From Paraspadella gotoi (Eukaryota; Animalia; Chaetognatha), in assembly GCA_051294375.1 (NCBI GenBank), contig CM119270.1, positions 19,223,572 through 19,287,571 on the forward strand: a stretch of DNA of 64,000 nt, read 5' to 3'. Of the stretch, positions 11,131 to 23,414 are shown piece by piece; positions within the stretch are counted from its first letter, which is position 1; each line of letters begins with the position of its first letter. The notes under the pieces were generated by a model that was not told where the DNA came from, made no database searches, and was given only the letters and a program-made list of their open reading frames with translations. Both the position numbers and the translations under genes were made by a program.

Positions 11131-11624
11131 TTAAGGTTATTGAGGGGTTGTTGAAAAGTGGTCAGTGTGAAATAGTAATAAAAATAATGAGTGAGAGATT
11201 AATGGAAAGAATGAAATATTCAATGTGAGATTGATGGAGAGAAAGAAAGATTGATTGGGAAATTGATAAAGAGAAAGGAAGAGAGAGTGAGAGTTTGATG
11301 GAGAGAAAGAAAAATTGAGAAATTGAAGGAGAAAAAAAAAGATTGATTAAGAAATTGATGTAGAGAGAAAGATTGATTGAGAGATAAATAAAATAATATT
11401 ATGGCAACGTGAATAAATTAGACAAAGTTTTAAATATTTAAAAATTAAAATTTTTAAAAATATATTCTGATAAAGATTAAAAAGTTAGATAAAGGTAAGT
11501 ACTACAAATTTTAAAAATATTAATGATAAATGGGTTAAATTAGACTTTTACTCACTCTTCATCCCTGTCCTCATCTTCACCTATTCTCACATCTTACCAC
11601 TGTCCCTTACTAAATTCTTTGTTG

Positions 11625-11661
<37 letters not shown>

Positions 11662-11693
11662 ACTCAATGTTTGTAAAAAATTTTTGTGTCTTT

Positions 11694-11745
11694 TTCAAAT
11701 GCTGATGAAGGCTTGAAGAACAAAGCCGAAACATGTCCAAATTTT
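11694..11745 (+). ncRNA. Minimal type I hammerhead ribozyme (Penelope-like)
   Basis: CTGATGA (11702), A-GGCTT/AAGCC stem II, GAAA, palindromic CATG, then TC. AATAAA follows at 11751. Stem I is weak. Confidence 0.75.
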
Positions 11746-12069
11746 ATGCTAATAAAATTATTTTGTTGTTCCACGAAAATTTCGTTTCTTCTAATTCAAC
11801 AAAACAACAAAAAGAAAGGATTAACACAATGTCTACCGAGAAAAACCTTAAAAATTATCATCATCATTGTTGAGGAACTAGTAGTCAGCCTGCCTTGCCA
11901 GGTGTATCTCCATCCTATGACCCATCGCGCCATTACTGGGGAGACTGCCGTCAACTTCCTCGCCGGAAGTGGCGCGGCCGCATACAGCGCCCCTTTGGTG
12001 GCGCCGTTGCGAGTGACGCCGAGACCCTTTGTCGGCGAGGGTGTCAGCCTCTTTGTCACTGCCTCAGTC

Positions 12070-12240
12070 AGTTGTCCACAAGTCCATCAGAAGTGTGGGA
12101 CACCACAAAGTCTATTGCCCTCGTACAAGACGTCATGATCTGCTACAAGTGGTGACAAAACGTGACTGAGTGGCAACGTGCCTCAGGTCCCTGTAAAAAG
12201 GTCGTTTAGGACGGGTTGAGGTCTCACAGTGACTGGTCTC
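12070..12240. repeat. Dispersed repeat of unknown family (also about 15910-16095 and 20340-20540)
   Basis: Shared ACAAGACGTCATGATCTGCTACAAGTGGTGACAAAACGTGACTG core. Confidence 0.7.
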
Positions 12241-12409
12241 TCTGTGAAACGTGAAAAGGTAAGAGCATAGAAAGGCAGATAGGCTTGAGTAGAACAAATG
12301 TAGAAAGCGAATCATGATGAGCAAAATACTATCTAGGAAAAAGTTAGCAAACATTTTTTTTTATAGTTCATTTATTCAATAAAAAATATACAAACATGGT
12401 AAAACATTC

Positions 12410-12630
12410 TCATATTTGTATGCCCTCCTCGGCATCGACATGCCTGCATTTGTTCTGGGCATGCTCTCGTAAAGTGAATTGAGGTAGAAGTAAATGTTTT
12501 TCCACACCGTAAAAAATTGCAATGGTGGAACGAGGGATTCCAAGTCTATTGCTGATGAATTGTTGCGTCTTTCCTCTTTCTCAGAGCTACATTCACTTTA
12601 TGAACCAAGAAGGGGCTGTCTATTCGGCAT
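12410..12630 (-). pseudogene. Tc1-type transposase remnant: N-terminal HTH joined to the C-terminus
   Basis: ERGKTQQFISNRLGIPRSTIA is directly followed by VWKNI..YLNSLYESMPR..MQAC.DAE.GHT.Y* (with frameshifts). The DDE core is deleted. Confidence 0.7.
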
Positions 12631-13355
12631 AACCAAATTAAAAAAATGAAAAAAATAACTAACTCAATTTGAAATAGCAAACAATAACTCAATACCAAGA
12701 ATTGTGGAAAACTAAAGGATTTTTTCGCCATTTTCACTTGAGGTAGCAATCTTATTTTGCCTCTCACTTCTATACGGTGATCTACGAAAAATGGAAGGAA
12801 GCAACTGAAGGAAATTTAGTGTAGAATCTGAAACATCCTGATTTTTTAAAAATCGACAATTTTTCGAGTAGATATCCTCAATTAAAAATGTTCTAACTTT
12901 TTCTAGATAGTAAACAGATAGCAATGGCATCTCTCAACAATAATCATCATCCATTAAATTTAATAGTTTTGTTAATTTTCATTGACAAATTCATTAAAAT
13001 TTCAAAAATTTCAAAAAAAATAATACTCTTCTAACTTTTCAATCTCTATCAGAATCCGTTAAAAAAATTAGAATTTAATAAAAAAATTTTGGACATTATA
13101 TAGTATTTGGATAATATAAAATAGCTTCCATGCGTTTAACCATAAGATAAATATTAATTTTTTAAATTTTACATCTTTAATAAACACATTAACATATTTA
13201 TACCAGACTTTTGTTAGTTCATTACTTATTACTCTGTTGTCGGTCCGTCGGTCCTCCCAACTTTTGTTGGTAAAATCATTTTATCATATCAGAAAATCGA
13301 ATTATGATAAATAATGCAAAAAAAAAGAATTTGATATTCAACAACAATTTTTTTA

Positions 13356-13410
13356 TTTATAAACGGACATGTTTCGGCTTTGTAATTCAAAACCATCATC
13401 AAGGTTTATA
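13356..13410 (-). ncRNA. Degenerate hammerhead ribozyme (Penelope-like), second copy
   Basis: Minus strand reads TATAAACC-TTGATGA-TGGTTTT-GAATTAC-AAAGCC-GAAA-CATG-TC-CGTTTATA-AATAAA. Stem I is 7 bp; the core C is altered. Confidence 0.65.
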
Positions 13411-14744
13411 GAATTTGTAAAATTATAGGCAAACTACGTATGTGAAAAAGAAGAGGGAGAGAGAGAGAGAGAGAGAGAGAGACTGTCATAGACATAGGTA
13501 CAAGTATTCGAATATAGCTCTCTCTCTCTCTCTCTCTCTTTCTAACTGCTTATCCCTAATCCCAACGCTAATCCTAAAACCAGATTTCTAATCCTTATCC
13601 CTTGCCTTAATCCTCATCCTTAACCCTAATCCCTAACCCTATCCATAAATTATTCCCTCAATCTAAACTTATCCCTAACCAAAACCCTAAGAAAAACTTA
13701 ATGAGAACGCCGGCCGTAATTTTCATTGGTAAGCTTTCAGCAATAACAACGCGCAACCTTTGATTTCTGCCCTCTCTCTTTTTCTCACTCACTCACTCAC
13801 TTGCTAACTCACTTACTCGTCAATTACTTTTCACACACTCTTTTTCAACTGATGTCTTTGTCTTTGTTTTTTCCGCACTGTCTGTAAATATTGACGCGAC
13901 GCTTACTGTTATAAATATTTTTACCCTACAAAAAATTAATTTTCTCAATCTTAAACTTGTTGTGTTAACACTGCACATTTTGGTTAATAACTTTGAAACT
14001 AATCAAAAATTTTAAAATCTGTTTTCTTTCATTTTAAACTTTAAGTGGTATAAAATTACAGATACAAAATTTTAATTAATAATTTTTAGTGGCTAGTTTT
14101 TATAAGTGATTGAAAATTGTGTTTTTTTAGGTATTTTTGACAGTTATTGGGTCATATTACTCAAAGTTAATTTTTAAAAGTCTATATATATACATATATT
14201 TGGAATCAGCTTGATCCCCTCTTTGTCTTGGGACAGAAAAATTTAATATAGACTGCATATCTCAAAAAAGGACAAAATGTTTTAATCTTGTAATCCAAGT
14301 TTTTCTAATGTGGTAATATTTTTTTTTTAATTTGGGGTTGTCTTAGGTTAAAGTGCACGTTTTACAATATTTTAAAATCATCACGTAATTTGATTTATTA
14401 TTTTTGACTATTTTAGTAAAAAAGTTTTTAAACTGATTTTTATGTGATAACTCCTAATGTTTTTTAAAATACCTCCCTGAAATTACATCAATATGTGCGG
14501 GCATGTTAGTCGATTATATGGACCAAAATAAAACAATTAAAAAAGAAATAGCTGTTTTAGAAGCAAAACAAAATAAAAAATAAATCAAGACCTTAGCGCA
14601 AAATTTTTGAATTGATTATTTTCCATCAGGTGGGCAATAGAGCAAATTTTCCTTCATCTTTTTACGAAATCTTAGCTCATTATAACGATAACTTTATGAG
14701 TTATTCATTCCCTGAACTTCGTGGAGTCTAGAGAAAAGGTACTG

Positions 14745-14918
14745 TAAGTTCTTCGTCTCCAACGCCCTCCACTCGGCGAGCTTAAACCACAGAGTCAAGA
14801 GTTCGCTTCCATTCGGTTTTGTCTCTTGAATTCTCACGGAATTTGTCTTTAAGTTTGCGTGACAAGTGACGCTAATGCGCTCTCCGATTGAAAACCGAGT
14901 AAACACGGACGAGTTCAT
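14745..14918 (-). pseudogene. 5' PC4-like domain of the split gene
   Basis: MNSSVFTRFSIGERISVTCH..SVRIQET..LTLWFKLAEWRALET resembles PC4 FQIGKMRYVSV..IDIRE..ISLNPEQWSQL. TATAAAAG lies near 15035. The ORF tail at 14694-14744 is transposon TIR. Confidence 0.55.
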
Positions 14919-15059
14919 CTTCTTTTTTTTTTCTTCTTTCACCTTCGATGTAATAAATAAGACGAGGGCGATGATTTAAGAGATCGCGATTGTCACGAAG
15001 AAAAGTTTGTTTGATCTTCTAATGGATCCTCTTTTATACTCTGGTTCGCTAAGAGCGTC

Positions 15060-16265
15060 TTTCTCGAAGGAAAAAAAGAGAGAGAGAGACAGAGAGAGAG
15101 GGAGATTGAGAGAGAGAGAAAAATGCGGGATCTCTTAGTGTATCACTCTCTCTTTTTTTTTTCCCCCCGATGTTGTCTCGCAATAAGTTATCGTCATTTT
15201 GGCTTTTTTTTTATTTGGAATCAATTCAACTTTTTTTTATATTTAAAAACAGATATCTCCGCCTCCACATTAGCCGCTCTTTAACATCTAGAGCCGTCGA
15301 TGGGGGGCAAGGGAAAGGACTGTCTCTCTCTCTCCCAAACTCTCCCGCCAACCAAACGTCGTCCCTTCGCCATTCCGACCAGACATCGTCCCTTTGCCAT
15401 CTTTGCCATCGTCGTCTTCTCTCACATTTTTTGGATTATTTTTTTGGATTAAACAATGTAAGTTGATTTATTTTAAATTTTTAAATTTTTTTTGTAGAGA
15501 TTTAGTCGCGACATATTATCACCAGTTAATGAATTATCCGATGCCAGCTTTTTTTTTTGGGAGTGTCTACGAAAAGCCTTTCTTAAACTATAGATTTCAA
15601 ACTAATAAAATTACTACTTTCTAGGGTTTCATTTAATTCTTCGGGTCATTCTTGATTTTAAAAATCGGTTTGGAATAGTTATCTTGTCATTAAGCACAAC
15701 GCACTGTTGCTTATTCTAAGACTTCAAAATTCGCTATGACAAAAGTTTCTTTCAGAGTTTTTGAACTAATTGAGCAGAAAAAATCTATTTTAACTGTTGC
15801 GTTATAAATCTACTTTTAACTATTGGCTTAAAAAAAAAAGGAAAATTAAGCTTCTCGCGAGAAGAAATCGAGCGTAGACACTCACGACTTAGTTAGAATC
15901 AGCGATTTTTGTCCACAAATCCATTGAAAGTGTCTGGGGTCGAAGAAGTGGGACTCCACAAGTCTATTTGCCACATGACAAGACGTCATGATTCTGCTAC
16001 AAGTGGTGACAAAACGTGACTGCAGTGACAACGTGCCTCATGTGTCCCCATAAAAAGGCAGTTTTGGGACGGGCACAGTCTCACTGTGACTGGTCCCAGT
16101 CTCACAAAATTTTAAAATTTCATGCAACATTTTTCGAATCTAAACATGTTTTCTCACTTTCCATTCCCCATACCCCTAAAATCGCTATCTAATAAATGTT
16201 TATAACAATTATAAAAAGTTCTTTACAATGATTTTCTAATTGGTTTAGACATAAATTTTGTCTAA
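15060..16265. repeat. Block duplicated at about 19270-20720
   Basis: Colinear copies that differ mainly by small indels. Confidence 0.8.
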
Positions 16266-17224
16266 ATTCTTCGCCATCGAATTCCTCTTCTCGCCCGAAT
16301 CGGGATCTCTCCCTGTTTCTTCTCATATTTTCTAATACTCTTATTTTTTCTTTTATAGTATTTATTAATGCTCGATGTTCGTTTGGGCAGAGAGGGTCGA
16401 TTTTTTAATTGATGTTGAATCAATTTATTTACTTTTAATAAAATGGTGAAAACCACCAATAAAGATTCCTACGGTCAATCCCGACTGTAAAAAATTTATC
16501 ACCAAATTCATCGTTACATCGCCTTCTTCCTTTATTCTCTGTTGCAGTTTAGCAGTTTTGGTTATTCCCAACGAAATGGTCGAATCTTCATAACCTATGG
16601 AACTAGTCCATGGGTTAGTTATTTTTGAAAGCGGTTTTATTTTGTTCCATCTTACTAGTAGTATGAATTCCATCATCATTTGTTATCCTGTTGTCATCAT
16701 CGTTGTCCAAGTTAACTCCGTGGAACTTAACATTTTGCCGCTCGTGCTTTTTGTTTCATCAATTTTGGTCGTTTTCGTCGGTTCCAGCGGTTTTAGTGGT
16801 GGTGGGTGGTTCTATCGTCGCTTCCATGTGCCGTCGTCGTCTCTTCGTCTACTCTCCTACCAGTTACTCCCTTGGTCGTCATCGTCATTTTGTTCGTCTC
16901 GCTCACTTCTTTTGTTCATCTCGCTCGTGTTGAACTTATTTCGATATCGTTCGATCCGTGCTCCATGGTGGTGTCGTGATGGAAACGTCTCGTCCTAACT
17001 ATCGTCGTTGACTTTTTTGTCCACCAGAAAGGGGGACGCGTTTTCTTCACCGTTGACCCTTTCGGTTTTACCGTAAGTATCTTAATGGGTTTTTTTTATT
17101 ATTTAAACAATATTTTAATAAAATAAAGTATTACTAACGAGTTTACCTGATCGGGTTCCACCACGCAAAAAACATCTTTTAACAGTAAGTAAAAGATTAA
17201 CGAGGTTGTAAGGACAGTTTTCAT
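16262..17224 (-). pseudogene. Mucin-like type I membrane protein (paralog 2, frameshifted)
   Basis: Exon 1 (17224-17147) MKTVLTTSLIFYLLLKDVFCVVEPDQ; intron 17146-17081; then TRPPFWWT, a Thr-rich region, TM FLQSGLTVGIFI(V)VFTILLKV and basic tail KNRPSLPKRTSSI. Confidence 0.7.
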
Positions 17225-17447
17225 TTTTAGCTGTTATTACGTTATTACAACGTCGATTTTGGATCGAGACTGATTTCTTTAAAAAGAATCGATAAGGCCG
17301 GCGGAACGTAGCCAAAGTTTTTTTGATAATAGAGAGATAGAGGGAAAAAAATAAAAAATACACACTGTGTAATCATGAAACCGAGCCACTTATTCTTGAC
17401 TTTTGAGTTTTGACATTTCAAGTGCTTTCAATATGGGTATAAATAAG

Positions 17448-18390
17448 NNNNNNNNNNNNNNNNNNNNNNNNNNNNNNNNNNNNNNNNNNNNNNNNNNNNN
17501 NNNNNNNNNNNNNNNNNNNNNNNNNNNNNNNNNNNNNNNNNNNNNNNNNNNNNNNNNNNNNNNNNNNNNNNNNNNNNNNNNNNNNNNNNNNNNNNNNNNN
17601 NNNNNNNNNNNNNNNNNNNNNNNNNNNNNNNNNNNNNNNNNNNNNNNNNNNNNNNNNNNNNNNNNNNNNNNNNNNNNNNNNNNNNNNNNNNNNNNNNNNN
17701 NNNNNNNNNNNNNNNNNNNNNNNNNNNNNNNNNNNNNNNNNNNNNNNNNNNNNNNNNNNNNNNNNNNNNNNNNNNNNNNNNNNNNNNNNNNNNNNNNNNN
17801 NNNNNNNNNNNNNNNNNNNNNNNNNNNNNNNNNNNNNNNNNNNNNNNNNNNNNNNNNNNNNNNNNNNNNNNNNNNNNNNNNNNNNNNNNNNNNNNNNNNN
17901 NNNNNNNNNNNNNNNNNNNNNNNNNNNNNNNNNNNNNNNNNNNNNNNNNNNNNNNNNNNNNNNNNNNNNNNNNNNNNNNNNNNNNNNNNNNNNNNNNNNN
18001 NNNNNNNNNNNNNNNNNNNNNNNNNNNNNNNNNNNNNNNNNNNNNNNNNNNNNNNNNNNNNNNNNNNNNNNNNNNNNNNNNNNNNNNNNNNNNNNNNNNN
18101 NNNNNNNNNNNNNNNNNNNNNNNNNNNNNNNNNNNNNNNNNNNNNNNNNNNNNNNNNNNNNNNNNNNNNNNNNNNNNNNNNNNNNNNNNNNNNNNNNNNN
18201 NNNNNNNNNNNNNNNNNNNNNNNNNNNNNNNNNNNNNNNNNNNNNNNNNNNNNNNNNNNNNNNNNNNNNNNNNNNNNNNNNNNNNNNNNNNNNNNNNNNN
18301 NNNNNNNNNNNNNNNNNNNNNNNNNNNNNNNNNNNNNNNNNNNNNNNNNNNNNNNNNNNNNNNNNNNNNNNNNNNNNNNNNNNNNNNNNN
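17448..18390. other. Assembly gap
   Basis: Run of N. Smaller gaps occur throughout the window. Confidence 1.
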
Positions 18391-18669
18391 TGATTATGAA
18401 TGATGTCCTGATCTTTTCCATCCTTGGCCCGCAACTCCTCGATCCTTTGCGCCGTGACCTCCATCTTCTTTTCATTTTCAATAAAATTGTTTGACGCCTG
18501 AGTAAACTCAACGACTTCCTTTTGCAAGACACAGGTTGGTTAAAGTTTCAGATCTTCGGGACTGTGCTCTCTCTCTCCAACAAAAGTTTTTTTTACACCT
18601 CAAATCGAGCACCACTATGTCGGAATAATACTTGCACAGAGAAAAATATACTTTGTCTCTCATCTTGCC

Positions 18670-18825
18670 TCGAACTTTGCACAGGCTTTGGTCGGTTTAA
18701 GGCCTCCATCACTCTTTCACAAGATAATACATAGCAGTCCCTGCAAGCTTTCCTATTCAAGGTCAAGACTTCTCACAGTCGCCTGGTTTTTATTCACCAT
18801 CCCAGAGTACCTGCTCCCTATCAAT
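18670..18825. repeat. Short interspersed repeat (also about 41570-41715 and 44170-44320)
   Basis: Shared TTAAGGCCT..CTGCAAGCTTT..CTCACAG..GTACCTG..CCCTATC. Truncates the 18391-18660 gene copy. Confidence 0.55.
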
Positions 18826-21341
18826 AGAAGTGTAATAAATTTAAAACAGGATTTTTTCAAAAATACTTTATTGATGCACCACAATCAATATTTAAAATTA
18901 TTTGGTTTTTGTTTTATTATGATTTATAAAAAAAATTTATCCCTGTTGATGGTACCAAATTCATCATTAATATTAATTGTTGAGCCAGCCGGGGTTTGCA
19001 ATAATAGCAATACCGAAAAATTTTTTTAAGAAAAGTTTTTTGATTTTAATAATTTTGTATAGTTGTTATTATGAATTGTATTTCTTTTAAACAGTAATCC
19101 AGAAAATTTGAAGTTTTTTTCCTTTGATTCCGTCAACAGTGTATATTATCTCATTTCTAAGAAAAAGATTTTGCGCGAAGAAAAAGTTGTTGTTGTTTGT
19201 GTCTTGCTTTGTTGTTCTTTCAACCCGAACCTTATTTAATCTGAGTTAGGGACGCCAAACAAACGCTATTTCGGGGAGAGGAAAGAAAAGAGAGAGAGAT
19301 GAAGAGAGAGAAAGAAAGAGTGAGAGAGAGAGAGAGATTTTATAATTTTTTGTGATTTGTCCTAATATCCAAACAATTCTCTTTAATCTTTCAGTATTTT
19401 TCTGTTTAAGATTTCTCTTTCTCTCTCTCTCTCTCCTCTCTCAAAAGTCATCTCTCTCTCGTCGGAAACTCTCTCTCTTCTCATGCTCAGTCTCCTTCCA
19501 TAATCTTCTCTCTCTCTCGTTCTCTCACTCCTCGTTCCTCTATGACATGGACGAATTCGCAATTCGAGCTGCACTTTCAATCATCTCTCTCTCATCATCG
19601 CTCATCACTCTCTCTCTCCTCTATCTCGGTCATCATCTCTTCTCTCACTCTCCAACAACCGCTCTGTTACCTTAGCCTCCTGATCAGGAATCTCAGGAAC
19701 GTCTCTCTCTTTCTCTCTCCCCCAAACTCCCGGCAACCCAAACGTCGGGTCCTTTCGCACATTCCGCCAACATTATACGGTCCCTTTGGCCAATCTTTGC
19801 CGACGTCGTCTTCTCTCACATTTTTAATTATTTTTCTTTGGGAATAAACAATGTAAAGTTGATTTATTTAAATTTTAAAATTTTTTGTAAAGATTTAAGC
19901 GCGACACTTATTATCACACGCATAATGATAATCCGATGGCGCTTTTTTTTTGGCCTGTCTACAAAGCCTTGTTCTTAAACTAATTCGATCATCACAACTA
20001 ATTAAAATTACTACCTTTTCTAGGTTTCATTTAAATCTTCGGGTCCATTCTTGATTTTAAAAATCAGTTTGGAATAGCTATCTGCTCTGTCATTAAGCAC
20101 AACGCCAGGCACTGTTCTTATTCTAAGAGCTTCAAAATTCGCTATGACAAAGAGTCTATTCAGAGTTTTGAACTAATTGAGCAGAAAAAATCTATTTTAA
20201 CTGTTGCGTGTATAAATAAATCTACTGTTTAACATATTGCTTAAAAAGAAAGAAAATTTTTAGCCCTTTCCCCCTCGGGATCGAAGGGGAAAAAGAAATC
20301 GAGCGTAGACACTCACGACTAGTTAGAATCAGCGATTTTTGTACCAGGGCGAACAATTTCCATTGAAGCAGGTCTGGGGTCGAAAGTGGGACCTCCACAT
20401 CCTATTGTCCACATGAAACAAGCGTCTGAATCTGCTACCAATGTGCAAAACGTGACTGAGTGACAACGTGCCTCAAGTTGTCCCCGGTAAAAAGGCCGTT
20501 GGAACGGCTGAAGTCTCAAACTGAGTGGACTGGTCTCAGTCTTCCACAAAATTTAAATATTTTCACTGAAATTTCTTCGAAATCTAAACATGTTTTCTTC
20601 ACTTTTCACATTTCCCCCCATCAACCCCTAAAATCGCATAATCTAATTAATGTTCTACTAACAATTATAAAAGTTCTTTACAAATGATTCTACATTGGTT
20701 AGACATAAATTTGTTCCTAATTCTTCAAGATAAAGCGTTACAAGCATCTAAATAATTTTTTCAAAAAACATTTATCATCAGCTCTCTCTCTTAAATTTTA
20801 TCAGAAAAAGGTCTACTTAAGTTACCATGAATTTATTTTAAAAAGGAAGAGTCCGTCTTCGACCAAATGCTAAAAAAGGATGAATGTTTCAATCCGTTAT
20901 TGATAGTAAGGAATTAAAGGATTCCTGATCTTCTCCATCTTGCCTGCACTCCGCTCGCTTCTGCGCCGACCGCCGCGACCCATCGTCCATTTCTTGTTCA
21001 GTTTTCAATAAAATGTTTGAGCCCGCCTGATAAACCAAACGACTTTCCTTTTCAAAGAACCACACAGTTACGTTCAATTTCAAGATCTTCGGGCAACTGG
21101 TGCGCTCTCTCTCCTCCTACCAACAAAAGTTCTTTACACCTAAAATCGACTGCGCGCGCACTACGCTCCGAAATCACTTGCAGAAATAACTTTGCTTCTA
21201 TGAAAAACAACTTCTTCCACGAGTGTGCAGATTTAAAAAACACGTTTGATTTTCTTGGAATTGANNNNNNNNNNNNNNNNNNNNNNNNNGAATTGAGAAG
21301 GGCATATTTTGTTTTAACTAAAATGTAAGCTAATTATTTAA

Positions 21342-22150
21342 TCATGAGATAATTTGACGGCGTCCCATTTGATAATATAAATTTTGTAAAATAGTTAAAC
21401 ATCTATATACACACTGACAATTATTTTTTAAAAAATTTTCATCTAAATGGATATCTAACCCATATTTTTCTACTAATTTTTTTACGCACAAAATCCACTT
21501 TTCATTTGATTTGTTAATTAACTCCAAATTAAGCTTACTTTTAAATAACGCCCTTATTAACATTTGATTAATTAAAAAAACATCCCCATCATAATTTTTA
21601 AAATCCACACAATTTAAAATTTCATAGGAATATGAATACATATGAAATGTGTTTTTAAAACAAAAAAATATTTGGCTAATTTCTAATAATAAAAATGAAA
21701 TGTCCCTAAAATTCCCACCCTCCCACTCTACGTTACAGTAATTTAAGGCGAAACGTAAAAATACTAATTGATTAATGCCTAATTTTTTAATGTCCAGAAT
21801 TGGCAAATGATGATCGAAAGTAAAGAGCTCTTCCTTCTTCTTTCCCAAACTTTCCAAAGCCTGCCCCATCACCTGCGATTCCACCATAATCGTCGATTGT
21901 CTCCAGAAATGATAATTCGTATTTGGTCGCATCAATCAATGTTGATAATCGAGTCACGTGAACGATATTCACGAATGGAAGGCTTGGTTCACTTCCACCA
22001 AGACGTGCAGATTCAACGCCGGTTTATAACGTCATCGGATGTGCGATCAATGACTTCGGATCACTTTCGGAAACAGATCACACACACTATTGGTCCATCA
22101 TTGAGTGGTGTTATGCTAGAAAGTTTTAGTTAAAACTATTATTTTTATAA
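21342..22150 (-). pseudogene. Hypothetical gene B, copy 1 (about 260 aa, frameshifted)
   Basis: 197-aa ORF plus upstream frames, homologous to 28265-29063. Confidence 0.55.
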
Positions 22151-23414
22151 TCAAAATATAATAATTTAATTTTCTTTATTATTAATTTTAACCTATTCAC
22201 AATTTAAAAAATTCACATTTCATGAAAAAGTTTTTTATTAAGTCACTCCTTTCGAAGGTTTTTTTTGACAGAATCCGGGGAACGTCAAAAAAAGGTTCGC
22301 TCCAGCGTCGTCATTGTCGTCGTCGTTGTCCTCACATCATCCCCTCACCACGTCGCGTTTAACGTAATCCATCAGGTTTCCATAACTAGAACAGCGAGAG
22401 ATATACGTCCCCAAATTTAAGACCACGGTTTTTTGACGTCGGGCAAGGCCGGTTGAAATGATGCAAGGCTGAAAAAGTATTACAAAAAATAGATTAATGT
22501 TAACTGTTATGTCACGTGATAAAAGGTCGACATGTAAATGTATTATTTTATGTCTGCTAAAGACATGAGACAACGAAATAGGAAAAAAAAAATTTACGGC
22601 GAAGCTGACCGTGCCTTGGTTGTCCGTGAAGGGGTTTCCAGAGTAAGACAAGGCGAACAAGAGGGAGTGCGATATTGGAAGACCTTCTCCGCAGTTGGCG
22701 TTCGTATATCTGGTGGCGTTTTTTCGCACATCCCTTAAAAAAAATAAAATAATAGTAAATATCTAATTTTTTAAGAATATAATAGTATTGTTATAAAAAA
22801 TAAATAACTCTAAAAATTAATAAAACTCAACGTCTCAAAATCGGCCGATGTCTTCTTTCAATTCTCGCTGGATACGCGGGCGGTAAGAGGGCTACCAAGC
22901 TCCTGCCTGGACATCTCCAGATGGTACAAATAAGGGGCAATGTTACTACCACTGGCCAAAAGAACCGGAAGACGATGAACGACGACGATGAGAGCATCAT
23001 ATTCGTCTTTTTTCCAGACAAAGTGTGATCTTTTGTTCATCAATGTCGTGTAGCTGTGACGCGGAATGACACCCAGCGACAATTAATTACAAGGAAAATA
23101 AAAAAAATTAGCGATGAGAAAAATCCTCTTTATTTTAATTCATTCATTCATTCATTCATATCACTTACCGAATAGTCTTGACGCGAGTGTACTTGTCCAT
23201 TTTCAATTTTTATCCAGCTCCACGGATATATTCTAAACGAGAAGAAAATTAAATTCATAATATTAACTATCATATATTATGTTTAATGTTTAATAATATA
23301 CACAACAATAAGAAATAAAAATACACGGATAACTTACTTCCTGTCGTCGTCGTTGTTGCCCTTGGATTTTTCTTTTCACACTTGAGCCATTTTTTTTTCT
23401 TAAAAAGCAGCACA

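Larger units (their letters stand above)
9902..14744. mobile_element. Tc1/mariner-superfamily element, internally deleted, about 150-bp TIRs, TA target duplication
   Basis: TA|CGTAACTTTTCTCTAGACTCACGAAGTTCAGGG at the left end and CCCTGAACTTCGTGGAGTCTAGAGAAAAGGTACTG|TA at the right. Inner match TATTGCCCACCTGA / TCAGGTGGGCAATA. A transposase remnant lies inside. Confidence 0.75.

Noticed and set aside
13550-13690. Telomere-like CCCTAA tract (similar at about 42190 and 58070)
   Set aside because: Highly degenerate and internal; more likely transposon-associated simple repeat than a telomere.
14694-14744. C-terminus QYLFSRLHEVQGMNNS of the 14694-14942 ORF
   Set aside because: It is read from the Tc1 terminal repeat, not from the original gene.
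17390-18532. Long ORFs of 360-380 aa
   Set aside because: They run through N gaps; the same applies at 50876-52438.
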